In this document: piece after piece, positions 12,486 to 24,067 of the stretch
Numbering within the stretch: position 1 is the stretch's first letter
How the letters are laid out: each line of letters opens with the position of its first letter
DNA from: Microthyrium microscopicum
Lineage: Eukaryota
DNA: 64,000 bases
Reading direction: 5' to 3'
NCBI GenBank assembly: GCA_010405405.1
Contig: MU004238.1
Span: 1,127,530-1,191,529 of the forward strand
Made by a program: the position numbers and the translations under genes
The notes under the pieces: model-generated
What the model saw: the letters and a program-made list of their open reading frames with translations, nothing else
Told to the model about the DNA's origin: nothing
The model's database searches: none

Positions 12486-14149
12486 TCAACGGAGGTCAAC
12501 AGCGAGGCTATAAGAATCTGTGCTGAACCATGTTTCTACGAGACTGATTGTTCCATCGCCTGCCAATTGGTGGGCAATCTCCCCGCCAGGCCGATTTTCT
12601 GGCCAGACTGAAGTCTCAGCCATGTACTCCGGTATAGAATCGTCCTTGACTCTGCCGTCTAGAGTAACGACGGTTAAGATCATAGAGTAAAGGCTAGCAA
12701 TGTACCCGCGGGCTGATGTATGTAGTGGTAGCGTGAGGTTCTGGGCGGATCAGGATTATCTTCACGTTTGACTCCAACTCTAGCGCAGTCTGTAAAGCAA
12801 GTTTGACATATTTATCACTCTCGGATTTGTCGGCATTGAGTGTTGCGAAAGATGCTTTCCACTGGATGTGGATTTTTCGTGCGTTCCAATGTCTTCGCGA
12901 TTTCAGGTTGATGTCCTTGGATTACAATGCTGGATATGATCGTCTCAACCTTTGAAACAGTTGCGTGTGGGCAGGGCGTCTGTTCCGCTGCTCGATATAG
13001 ACATCCTCTCATCTGCCGAACAAATCAAGCAACAACCTCCTTGCAACCCAATCACTTAGAGCTTCTTGCCTTTGCCCATGAAAAATGGCTGACCATGAGC
13101 AGATTCCACAAATTCCAAAGGAAAAAAAACATCCAGCACCTGCTGACTCTGCTCGTCGCGTTTCTTGAGAGTATTGCGGCGAGCGATTGTAGCCTCGTGC
13201 GTCGTAACCAAGCGATCAATGGCCGGGCCGTCGCCATAGGTCCGATAACCTGCGCCGGCCTGGTAGGCACACGGGTCTCCAAAAAAACACGGACAAAGCC
13301 AAGCAGCGGACCGCAGTATGGTGGTACAACATATCCCATGCGGCTGGCAGAGCTCCCAGAAGATTGGATTTGATGACGCTGGGAACTTCGTCCAAGGCGA
13401 TGATCAAAATATTCTGCCAAGACGAGTTGCTTGAATTGCAAGAGGACGAGTTATAGAAGGCAGACTCGCATTTAGGATCAGGGTGACGACTTTATGTGGG
13501 GGCAGACCAGGCCCCAAATTCTGCTCCAGCCAGTTCGGCTGTCTCGTGGGTAAGTGCTCGTTTGAGGTGATATGATCATACTCCGTATATGCCAAGGCCA
13601 CCATCGCTCTATCAGGCGTAGTTAGCAAATTGACCCCTGCAGGTAGAATATGCAGAGACATCTTGGGGGATTCATGATAGCCTGCATGAAAACTATACTT
13701 ACAAAGGACATGATGAACACCCTCGAAAGGTATGTTGTTGGAGTATCTTGTTTTTGAAGATAGCAAGTTCGTCGTGGTATCGTGGGTATCTCCACGAATT
13801 AGAATAGTCGTTGGGCTGCGCTCGTTATGGAGCGCGGTCTCAATCGCGAGCTTGCAAAGTGGATTCAGTCGATTTTGTCGAACGCGAGCCATAGCGATCT
13901 TCCAGTGAATCCGTACCGTGAACTCTTGCATCATGGCCAGCGTGGATGGTCCTGTTCGTATCAAGATGGCTTTGACTTCCGGTTCTTACTTCAATGCAGT
14001 TCGAATAGCAAGCTTGGTGGTATATAATTCTGCTATAGGGTAAGTGCATCGAACGGGTAGTCTGATAGGACGACGAAGGATTGGAATATATAACAGAGGC
14101 TCTGATGGAATGGAAGGATGACCATGAGACTCTCACCAGGAAACGGCAT
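12486..14149 (-). pseudogene. Degenerate or unresolved multi-exon gene with an internally repeated unknown motif
   Basis: Three copies of KLA[IL]xTALxxExxxxxILIR at 13956..14015, 13794..13853 and 12745..12804. In-frame TAA at 13986..13988 and 12922..12924. Several intron-like segments (e.g. 13609..13702) do not give one clean ORF. Boundaries are approximate. Confidence 0.45.
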
Positions 14150-14395
14150 TGGTGAAGTATATATCTGTTAAAGTCAATTGTACAACAAAGACGCAAGCAA
14201 CAGCAAGAGCAAATAAAAGCAGAACATTGAGTTCCGAAACACTTCGCCAATGACATGCTTCAATTCGAAGCAATTGATTAGACTACTAGAAATCAGCCAC
14301 TCCTGTAATTATGTCTAACCTGCCTGGCCACGCATGTAACTATATCAACTGGGTATCCTGCAAAGCCTTGAGCAAATAACAAATCATGAAAGCGG

Positions 14396-16539
14396 CTACC
14401 GTCGAGGAGTAGTAGGCCGGTCGTAGCTGCTGCCTCTCGTCTTGATAACTCTCTTGTAGGAGAATTTGTTGGCATATCTCAAGAGGTAACGTTTCATCTG
14501 GGGAAACCTGTGATATGAAATTAGAACAATAGTTTCAAAAAAGAACAAGAAGCAAAAACTTACATGAGAATGCCTATTGTGACAACCATAACCGGAACTG
14601 CTATGATCCAGAAGAACTCATCCGAGTGATTCTTTACGCCTGGAAAGACTTCAAAGTTTTGACCAAAGTACCCGGTCAAGAATGTTAGTGGTAGGAAGAA
14701 GATCGTGACTGTGGTAAGCATGCCCATAGTCTCATTTTGTAGTGCGCTGATTTGATTGAAAATCAAGTCAATCATGTTACTTGTTGACGAGCGCATGGTC
14801 TCGAGACTTTGAATCATTTGAAGGCAATGGTCCTCTACGTCGGCAAGATATTGACGAGACATTTCTGAGAGGACGACTGTGCCTGGGACCGGAACTTGTT
14901 GCGCGTTAGATGATGTCGAACGAGTGGATAGTCCTGTATTGCTATGGTGTAAGCCAGCTCGTGATGCTTCTGTGTAGACACCGGCGCCCGTGTTAGATTT
15001 CCGGCCCTCACGTAGTGCATTGATCAGTGAGGCAACAGGTTGCATGTTCGTGCGAAGAAGAGTCAGGTCTGACTGGATAACGTAGAGAGTCTTGGAGTGC
15101 GAGAGATTTGGATCAGTAAGCAGGTCCAATTCGAGTCTGCCTATGACTTCCTCGTAAACCGCCGTTACGGAGTAGAACAAATCAGTCATCGCATCTACAA
15201 TGGCCTGAAACATCATTCCAGCATCACAACTCTGTCTGAGTATCGTGTCTTTTGACGATAACCGTCGAAGTATCGGTAGTTCAATGTCATCTGCGCTATG
15301 CTCAAAGAATGCGATGACCGTATTGTCTTTGGCAAGGAAGATAGAAACCTGTTCAATACTGACTGCCAGCTCCTTTTTGGTGAGCGGGTTAAGCCGTCCT
15401 GCATACATATCGCGTTCTAGGTTTTTCAATCCGTGGAAACGCTGAATGGTACGATAATTGACTCCGGGTATTTGGTTGTCATGAACTGAGAAGCCATTTT
15501 GATCATAACTCGAGTGGGGTAGACCTTTGTCTAGTGAGTCGGGGCTTCCATTTTCCGCTCTCGACGGGCTCTCCGGTTCTTTTGATGAATGCCAGAAACG
15601 TTTCTTCTTGTGAGCTTTTGGAGGCTTAGGTGGTTCAGCGTTAGGATCTCTGATGAGCTTTTGCAGTTGTAGTAGTACTAGAGGCTGATTAGCTAATGTG
15701 ACGGGTCAATTGTAAGATCGTAAAGATCATCAAGTCTCCTAGATAAGACCACGAAGCAGCCAACAAAAAGGGGATCGCGAATTTCATAGCTCAATAAGGC
15801 TGAAGTAGGGTTTTCTGAGCACGGCCCTAGAAAGGGACCTCCCGGACATCGCGAAAGTCATACATCGATTTCAAATCAAGCATATAAACTTACTGTAAAC
15901 ACTATTTGGATAATAGTCAACCTTTGCTCGCCCATCATTCTTCAACAAATCTTCAACAGCCAATGGATGAAGCTTGTACTTGTTGCTGATGATTCGGATG
16001 GCATCCCAACTAAGACCATTGACATTGATCCAACGACACTTGGTCCATTCAGGTCTCGGTTTCTCCAGAAAGTCGAACAGTTCCGAATTCCAGAGCTCTG
16101 TCTTCTCTACTCGCTCTTCTGAAAAATCGACCAGAGTGGTTTGACTTTCTCTGATTGTATTCACCCAAGAAGGGGGGTCTACACGACGCGTATCAACACC
16201 TGGCTCAGAGCCGTGTGCTTCTCGTGGTTGCTGATCATCTCGACTATAATCAATCACGGTATCGGTTCGCTTTATACGCTGGCGGGGTCCGTCGGTGGTG
16301 GAGAATCGCGGGTCTTCGCCATGTTCTGTTGCATGAGATGGGCGTCGTTCATCCTGGGGAGAAAAAACCGATGCTCGACGCGCTAGATTTTCATTGCCAT
16401 CTATGTTGATTGTTAGGGGAGGATGATGTCGAGATGCTGGGCCTCCTGCTGCATCGGTCCCTCTCGATGGTGAGGGTGATTGCCCATTGATGGCAAAATC
16501 TTGGCTGTGGGGCACATTTAGGTCGTCGTGGTCTGCCAT
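14396..16539 (-). CDS. CorA-family divalent-cation (Mg2+) transporter with GQN signature
   Basis: Start MADHDD at 16539; introns 15678..15893 and 14508..14563. Motifs [36 protein letters not shown], and [29 protein letters not shown] followed by a second TM helix. Confidence 0.9.
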
Positions 16540-18071
16540 TTTTGTGCGAAAGGTAAGAGGCAGCGCGAAAATGTGACACTTTCTGGAACTGGAGAAAGAA
16601 CGGTTGAAATGTGTAGAAACAAAGGGGATTCTGGGGCCGAAAGTGCTGGTAAAACTCAGCACATGCCGTTGCACACGTGTAATCAGAAATGATGGGCTGA
16701 ACAAGGTGCGGCTGATAGGAGGCGCGTTACAAGGAGCCATTCAACGGGGCCAGCCAATGAGGCGTGCTCTCGAGTTATGTTGGGCTGATTTAGACGTGAT
16801 GCTCATGCGGAAGAAGCCATGATTGAGTGATATCACATGGAAGGTTTGGCAGCATAAGAAGTATTGGCTCGAAGCGCATTAAATTCACGATATCGAGAAT
16901 GAGATGTCGAGTTCAGATTCCCAATGGAAGTTGCATGCCTTGCGACCATATTTGGTTAGCGTCATTCCTTCCCGCTTGTCAGCTGAAGCTTGTCATCTTC
17001 AGGGTTAGGTCTTCATCTTAACATCGGTCCGTCCTTCGGCAACGGGCCGTATCGCTATCAATACCTGAAGTGAATGGCGTGCGGAATTAGATATCGCTGG
17101 CCAGGCATAGTTTAAAGCAAAGCCAAAGCTCTAAATGGGATAATAAATCCCATTCACACCGCCATATCATCATTCCGCGACTCCAAGGATGGATGGAGGC
17201 TCTTCTTATACTGGTAACATGAAGGAAACTTGGAGTAGCATCAGACCTCAGTCAATAATGATGGAAATTTGTAAATCCGTTAAACCCCTACCGGATGATA
17301 ATTATGAATGGGTGGTACAAGTCATGCAACTAACCCTCCAAACTGTGTGATCTTCCGGAACACTCGTGGAATAATTGCCACATGGACCCAAAAGGGTTGG
17401 CACTGCCCATAATTGGCATACAGGGCTCCCCAGCACACCAGAATCTAGAAGGAGGGGAAAGCAGTCTTCAGAGAGCCACGAGGAAGATGCCGTCACGGTC
17501 TTGGTGGATGTGTTCGCGGTTGACGAACCCATTGATGCTTTGTGCTTTAATTATCTCCAACAGCCAAAGTTGGTTTTCATCCGACAAAGCTGCCCCCCTG
17601 TCCACAGCAAATCAAAAAGCAGGAAATTGAAGTGCATTGCACTCAAGTGGTCGAGTGTCGGTGCAATTTATTCATCGACATTGAAACTGCAAAGGTGAAA
17701 CGGATGTCAGCGAATGGCAGGACTTGATCGCAAGCTGTCCCAACAAAGCAGCGCTTGGCACTGCGCAAGAGGCAATGGACCAACCAGGGCTGGGAAAGGA
17801 TAGCTCTGCGGGCAGCAAGACAAAGGCATGCATCAAGTTGTGACAAGGCTTTGATGTAGTGAAAGCATGTCCCTCTATCAGTAATGCAAGCAGTGTCGGT
17901 GCGACGGTGTGAAGATGAGACTGAGACGAACGGGAGTGACAGCCACTTTGGGGAAGAAAGCCAGAGATTCAGCAGCGCGTTTGATGAGAAGGTGATAATG
18001 GATTGCGCCAGAGTTTAGTTAGTAATAATAGCGGCAACAAGGCAAAATTAAACGCTGTATGCTCAGATGCT

Positions 18072-18093
18072 GGGGGCCCCGGGGCCCGGGGGG
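18072..18093. promoter_or_regulatory. Pure G/C tract containing a 14-bp palindrome and overlapping SYGGRG (CreA-type) motifs in the CorA/samB divergent intergenic region
   Basis: Sequence is GGGGGCCCCGGGGCCCGGGGGG, with palindrome GGGCCCCGGGGCCC at 18074..18087. Function is inferred only. Confidence 0.25.
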
Positions 18094-19041
18094 AATGTGG
18101 CCATGCAGCAGCACGAGTTTGGTGAATAATTGATGGTTGGGTTCTCTCGTAAATAGGATCAATACAACGTGCATTTACGGTATGCTGATTGTTGGAGAAT
18201 AGTCCAAAGAGGATTCTATGAGTTGCTAGAAAAGAAAAGATAAAATAAAAAATAAAAAAGATGATTAAACTGACAAAATGAAGGTGGATTTGTAGATGCC
18301 CGAAGTGCAAGGTGCTTACCGAGCCACACAGCACTTGACTGAGCAGCAAGCAGGTGCCAGAGACAGTAAGAGCGGCAGAAGGCACTACTCACGCTACTAC
18401 TCGCAGCCAATCTTCACTCTCTCCTCCCTCACCACTCCCGCCCAGTCTCGTCTTCTCTCACACTCAACCTCCCAACCCCATCTCCCTTCCATCCCATCCA
18501 CCACTACTCCACCCTCTTCCTTTCTTCTCCGCTTCTTGCAATATCTCTCATCTAGCAGATTCATGCCATAATAGCTCTTTTCCATTCCAGAGCATCCTCT
18601 CTCCGCTGTCGTCCAGCTAGCAAGCTGAAAGACCCCTTGAATGCTGGTCTACTTGCAAGCGCCCGGTTTTTGATCCCTCGATTCCATTCAACCCGCCTCG
18701 TGCACCGCGTTACCACCTCTCCAGCCTTTGCTCCCGCCCTTCTGCCATCCCGTTTATATTCTGCTTCGTTGGAGTACACTACGGCCCTTTGGCTTGATTC
18801 TGTTTAGCTTGTCTAAGACGTTGCACTCGACCACGCAAATAGCCAGCCATCTCCCGACGCGATTCCTCTTACGATCCTCTCATCTTCCATCGCATCCAGA
18901 TATTGCCTTGCACGTATTTCCTGGGATTACCCTCTTGCCAGAATTTTTCTGTCTCCGCCTGTTCGGCAATCTTTCGGTACGAAGCCGAGGAACAACAATC
19001 AATCTGCTTCATCGATATCGTTCACGCCTCCACAATTGAAC

Positions 19042-20811
19042 ATGAGGGAGGTTAATTTCAGTATACCGAGCGCCAACAAGGCCTCTGTTGGCATCACTAC
19101 TGCCCTTTATGACCGTCGAGCCCTTGACACCACTTCGACCCTACCTTTGATCAACTCACTAAACAATCTTGCTTACCTTACGACATCCTCCGCTAGAATT
19201 CGAGACATATTGACTGTCGATGGAGGCGTCGAACGACTAGTATGCATCCTCAAAGAAGGCCGAAATTCCAAAGACATGATGGAATGCTGGAAATGGAACC
19301 TGGCATTTCAATGTGTCGTTAATATAGGCGTCAGAGGCTCAGAAAGTGTTCGGACTAGGGTTGTTGAAGCGGACATGGTTCCGGTCATCGCGACACTTTT
19401 GGACAACTATGTTAGGGTTATTGACAAGTGCCGCGAAAAGGCTGAGCTTGAATATAGCAAAGCTGCTCGGTCACACAAGAAGCACCACAAAAGTAAAAAG
19501 GATCGTCACGACGCATCTGCTGAATACTCAGAAAGAAGCCGTCGGCAGCCCCCTCCTCCTATCGAAATACCACCAACGCAATCTGAAGCACTTAATAATC
19601 TTCCCGACGAAAGCCACTCGGGACTTCAAGCTCTCAGCTCTCCCCCCGAGCGTACTACTTTCTCATTAGGCCATCATCATCAGCGAAGTCTTCAAGGCCA
19701 GCCTTTTGGGTTACCTTCTCGCCCGCATCACAATCAGCCTTTGGCAACCGCTGTTCCAATTGTCGATATGACACAAGATACACCTCTTCGACCAGTACGA
19801 GACATTGATCGTTTGCCATCCATGATACCCGGTCTCCAAGCCGAATTCACGCAGCCAGAGTCTCCCACAACGCCCAATGGTATACCACAATTACCAAATA
19901 TTATTCATCGTGGCTCTCCGTCTCGACTTCACCGCCGCCCCGCGATTCGACATCAACTATCTGTCTCTAGTCAATCAGATATAATACCTGTTGATGAGCC
20001 CATTGAACAAGTAGCACAGATGGATACCAACACAGTCGGCTTGGACACAGACATTGCTATGCAAGATATGGAAGGTGACGAGCTGGAAGGCGGAGGATCT
20101 CCTGTCAGACTGGAACCACCTGCACCACAGGCAACTGATGTGGATACACTAGACATGGCCCGATCTGCCTTGGATAGCACTGTAAACACTCAAGCACCAG
20201 CACCATTGGGAATGTCACCTGTTCCCAATATGCCAATGAATGCACCACTTCTGCAAGCGCAACCTGGTCCATATACACGATACCTACAAGGACGCGGCGA
20301 ATCTAGTGGAGTTCTTACTGCAATGCCGAGCGATGGAGATGTTCTCATGTGTCTCCAGCTTTTGGCTTACGTCTCAAAATATTGCAATCTCCGCACATAC
20401 TTTCAACAATCCCATCTAGTTCCTCGTCTTAAAATCCCCGGCTCCGAACTGGCGCTGATTGATGGAGAAGCTAGCTCATCAATGCAAGTCGACGAGAACG
20501 AAGATGACATGGAAGAATACCTTCAGCCAGATGATTTCAACATCTTCCCACTTGTCGAAAAGTTTACGGTCCGTCACCACTCGGCAGACATGCAATACTG
20601 GGCACGAGTTGTCATGCGCAACTTGTGCCGCAAAGATGATTCCCGTGGGGGCATCAGACAGTGTGCCTATTACCAATGTGGAAAGTGGGAAAAGTATACG
20701 CGCGAGTTTGCTAAGTGTAGAAGATGCCGACGAACCAAGTATTGCAGCAAAGACTGCCAAAAGAGCGCCTGGGTTTATCACCGTCACTGGTGCGTCGAGG
20801 CTCAGTCGTGA
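19042..20811 (+). CDS. samB: MYND-type zinc finger protein SamB (Mub1 homologue)
   Basis: MREVNFSIP..LYDRRALD..LPLINSLNNLAYLTTSSARIR; AFQCVVNIGVRGSE; LQLLAYVSKY; MQYWARVVMRNLCRKD; C-terminal MYND CAYYQC..CRRCRRTKYCSKDCQ..W..HRHWC. Confidence 0.95.
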   Translation: MREVNFSIPSANKASVGITTALYDRRALDTTSTLPLINSLNNLAYLTTSSARIRDILTVDGGVERLVCILKEGRNSKDMMECWKWNLAFQCVVNIGVRGSESVRTRVVEADMVPVIATLLDNYVRVIDKCREKAELEYSKAARSHKKHHKSKKDRHDASAEYSERSRRQPPPPIEIPPTQSEALNNLPDESHSGLQALSSPPERTTFSLGHHHQRSLQGQPFGLPSRPHHNQPLATAVPIVDMTQDTPLRPVRDIDRLPSMIPGLQAEFTQPESPTTPNGIPQLPNIIHRGSPSRLHRRPAIRHQLSVSSQSDIIPVDEPIEQVAQMDTNTVGLDTDIAMQDMEGDELEGGGSPVRLEPPAPQATDVDTLDMARSALDSTVNTQAPAPLGMSPVPNMPMNAPLLQAQPGPYTRYLQGRGESSGVLTAMPSDGDVLMCLQLLAYVSKYCNLRTYFQQSHLVPRLKIPGSELALIDGEASSSMQVDENEDDMEEYLQPDDFNIFPLVEKFTVRHHSADMQYWARVVMRNLCRKDDSRGGIRQCAYYQCGKWEKYTREFAKCRRCRRTKYCSKDCQKSAWVYHRHWCVEAQS

Positions 20812-22634
20812 GAACTGTTCAAAATCAGCATAATATATTAGCCGTCGGATTTCAAATGTCGATTACCACGGCGTATCCCCTCCATCACTACTGTACGACC
20901 TGCAGGCGAGCAAAAGCGAGCATATTATGGAACAGCTTTGTCCGTTCAGGACTGCGACAAGGCAATATTTCGTCCACATATCTTGAACTTCATCAGAATA
21001 CCTCTCATCACATTTTATCTTGTATTACGACAGCCACGATCCAATCGATACCCCCCATATTCGCGGCCAGCCTGAATCAACACATCATCAACATCCCGCA
21101 GTCCGGTTTCCTCATAGCATCCATCGGCTGAGCGTCTTTTCCGTCCAGTCTCTCTTTACACATGCATGCATATTACGGCGTTTTTGCTTCTATACCAACC
21201 CCTTTATCCGCATCTGGACAGCAATCCACCATCCTATTTCATACAGGAACGACTTAATGCCCTGGGAATGAAACCCCAAACGACCCGTCTTCCTCATTGG
21301 ATATGATTTTCACATTACCACCCGCATTTCTCTCTCTTTCGCATAATTTTGGCACCATCCACGAAAAACTCGAACCGCACCGCATCTGCCACGCCCTGCA
21401 CCCGCAGGTTCTCTCATACCTATCCATGATCACTCCTGGCCAATTCCTCCTTGTTTGGCTCCCATTATACCCCAACACATATTTTTACCTCAAAAGTCCC
21501 AATCTCCCAAAGTACCATCCTCCAACGCCCTTCCGCACTACATACATTGCTGGCGTTTAGACCCGACATCACAAAGGACAGCCAGGATACCACTCTGCGT
21601 GAAGGTCTTTTTCCGCTCTAATAGCCGGTTGACAAGGAGACTAATTATTCTTTGTTTTGGGTCATCATGGCACGGTTGGCAATAGCGTTGCTGCGAAAGC
21701 TTATTATTATTTTTGGAAGGGAAATCACTGCATGGCTGGAACGGTTGTATATAGCTGGCATTGCCTGGCGGAGCGAAATATGATACTACTACAACTTACC
21801 TAGACTTTCTCTGTGTCCTTGGTGATCTGCGTGACTGTATGATGTTCAGTATCTTGAGCTTGGGTTCTGTTGTGCAATGCTTGAGGGTCTGGTGCGCTGG
21901 ATCGATTTGCCATGCGGGATTTAGCTATGGTGCGTGAACTACATGTGTTCATTGCTGTGGATGCGTCGTTTAGTGGTGCCTCTCTAGAACCATGTGGTAG
22001 GTTTAGGGAGCTGGGGTACTGTTGGGTTCTGTTGGCGATAGGCATGAGCGATATCACTCAGTCTGCGCCTTTTATCTACAACAATGAACTTGTTGTCAAT
22101 TAGATCTCTGATATCCCCGCACTTTCTTCTGCTTGCCATTAAGGCGCGAAGGAGCATCAAACCGACTGATTCCAAAATACACTTTCATCAAAGATTATGA
22201 GATCTAGAGGAAGAAATCATTTACAGCCAAGGTGACACAAAAGTTTATCTCGACTACAATGCATTTCGTTCTTTTGGCATCGTTCCTGCCTCATAGTCAT
22301 GCAGCGGCTCTTTCCCAGGAAGTTCACACGTCGTCGCGTCTCCCATAAATGTGGTGCTTTTTGTCCTCTCCTGGAAGGCTTGCTGGCTGTGGCCTGTCGC
22401 TCTTTCCCGAAAAAGTGCGCTTGCCATTGCTCTTTCCTAAGGTTAACCTTAGCAACGCGCCCACGCACACTCCCGTCCACCTCGATTGCTAGGAAGATGC
22501 TAGCTAAATTCGGCTGAACGCGTAAAATGACAGGTTTCGACTTCTTGTAACACCACAACAGGCAACATTGTGCTGATACTTCAAAATTCACACCATCTCC
22601 AAACCGTGCTTCGCCAACGACATCCAAGAAGATC

Positions 22635-23704
22635 ATGGATCAAAATCATCGTCAGTCATATCCTTAAAAGCCCCTTTTCCTAGCTCTAATCTGATCTCAG
22701 CTTACAAAAAACTGCGTATCCCTAAAGATGCGCCCTTCGAGCTACGACCATCACCTGGAAAAGGCTGGGGTGTCTTTGCTATTCGACCAATCCAGCGAGG
22801 AGAATTGATACTGAAAGAAAAGCCACTATTCGTCGTCTCTCGTGGCCATGGAATGCGCTTTGACTATGAGATAGAGAAGGAAATGTCGGCGGCCTTTAAG
22901 AAATTATCAGCTTTCGACAAGCAGCAGTACTTTTGCCTCCGCAAGAACGGCTCCACTGAAAAGTTCAAAAGAATTGTCGACGCCTTCGTCGAGAATGATT
23001 TCTCAATAGGCTCTGGTACAGATTCTGGCTTGTTTCTGCTTCAGTCGCGGTTCAACCACTCCTGCATACCTAACACCAAAATCCCAACTCAGACCGACGG
23101 CACCGTTGCTAGATACGCGACTAAAGACATCTCTCGTGGAGAGGAATTGACCTTCTGCTACGACCCATCATTCAAATTCAAGAACCGACAAGATCGCCAC
23201 GAATACTTGGAACACAGCTGCAACTGCATAGCTTGCGACATCAGCACTCCGTACCAAAAGCTTAGCGATATGCGACGCACATTCATGCGAGGTCTGCAAT
23301 ATCTCACCAATGGTGTGGACCTAGACTGTCGCAAACATGGCCCGCAAGAAGACTTGACTACACCACTCTTCTTGGATTTGTCCTACAAGCGAAAAGCAGA
23401 GAACTTTCGAGTTCGCCTGTCCACGAGACTTATCGCAGGTCTACTCACAATAGCTATGCTGGAAGAAGAGGGACTCTTGGATGACTTGATGCTGCAGCGT
23501 ATGCAACCTGCCTTGAAAGTAGCTGGCTGGTTCAAAACGAAGAGCAACGTCGCTATTGTCAAGCGTGTGATGAAACAGTCAACTTGGGCGGGCAAGTTTA
23601 ATGAATCTCTCTGGCTCTGGAACAGAGACGATTCAGCTGATGAGGAAGTTATGGTGGGCATGAAGGCGTATCAGGCGTATAGTGCACTTAACATGCGGGT
23701 TTAG
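22635..23704 (+). CDS. SET-domain protein lysine methyltransferase-like, tandem copy 1
   Basis: ATG 22635 and intron 22651..22700 give MDQNHPYKKLRIPKDAPFELRPSPGKGWGVFA. SET motifs SRFNHSCIPN and GEELTFCY; post-SET CNCIAC. Confidence 0.88.
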
Positions 23705-24067
23705 CTTTGTCGTTGTGCATGTATTAGATCCATGGTATTGAGCCAGTAGTGGCTGTTTGGATTGGAGTGGTGTATCTGCCATCGAGAGGCCAGCGTCTCA
23801 ACGATTCAGCATTGTATTTGCTATGGCATAGCATCGTGTTCGAGTGTTGATAATTAGTGAGTGTGATTCTAAAGTCACATCTCCTGTTAGAAAGGGCGGT
23901 AATGAACACTATAGTCGCTAGGAAAGTGCCAATTGTCTCCTCGGTAGGCATCTCGAATGACTTGTTTGCCTTTATAACACTAGAAGCAATGTCATATATA
24001 TCATGTCGACTTTCAATGCTACTCTCATTATTTGCAGTATTCAGTGGTTTTCAGACTATCGCTGAAA

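Noticed and set aside
22437..22452. Perfect 16-bp palindrome CTAAGGTTAACCTTAG upstream of SET copy 1
   Set aside because: About one palindrome of this length is expected by chance in 64 kb (64000/4^8), and no second copy was seen upstream of copy 2.
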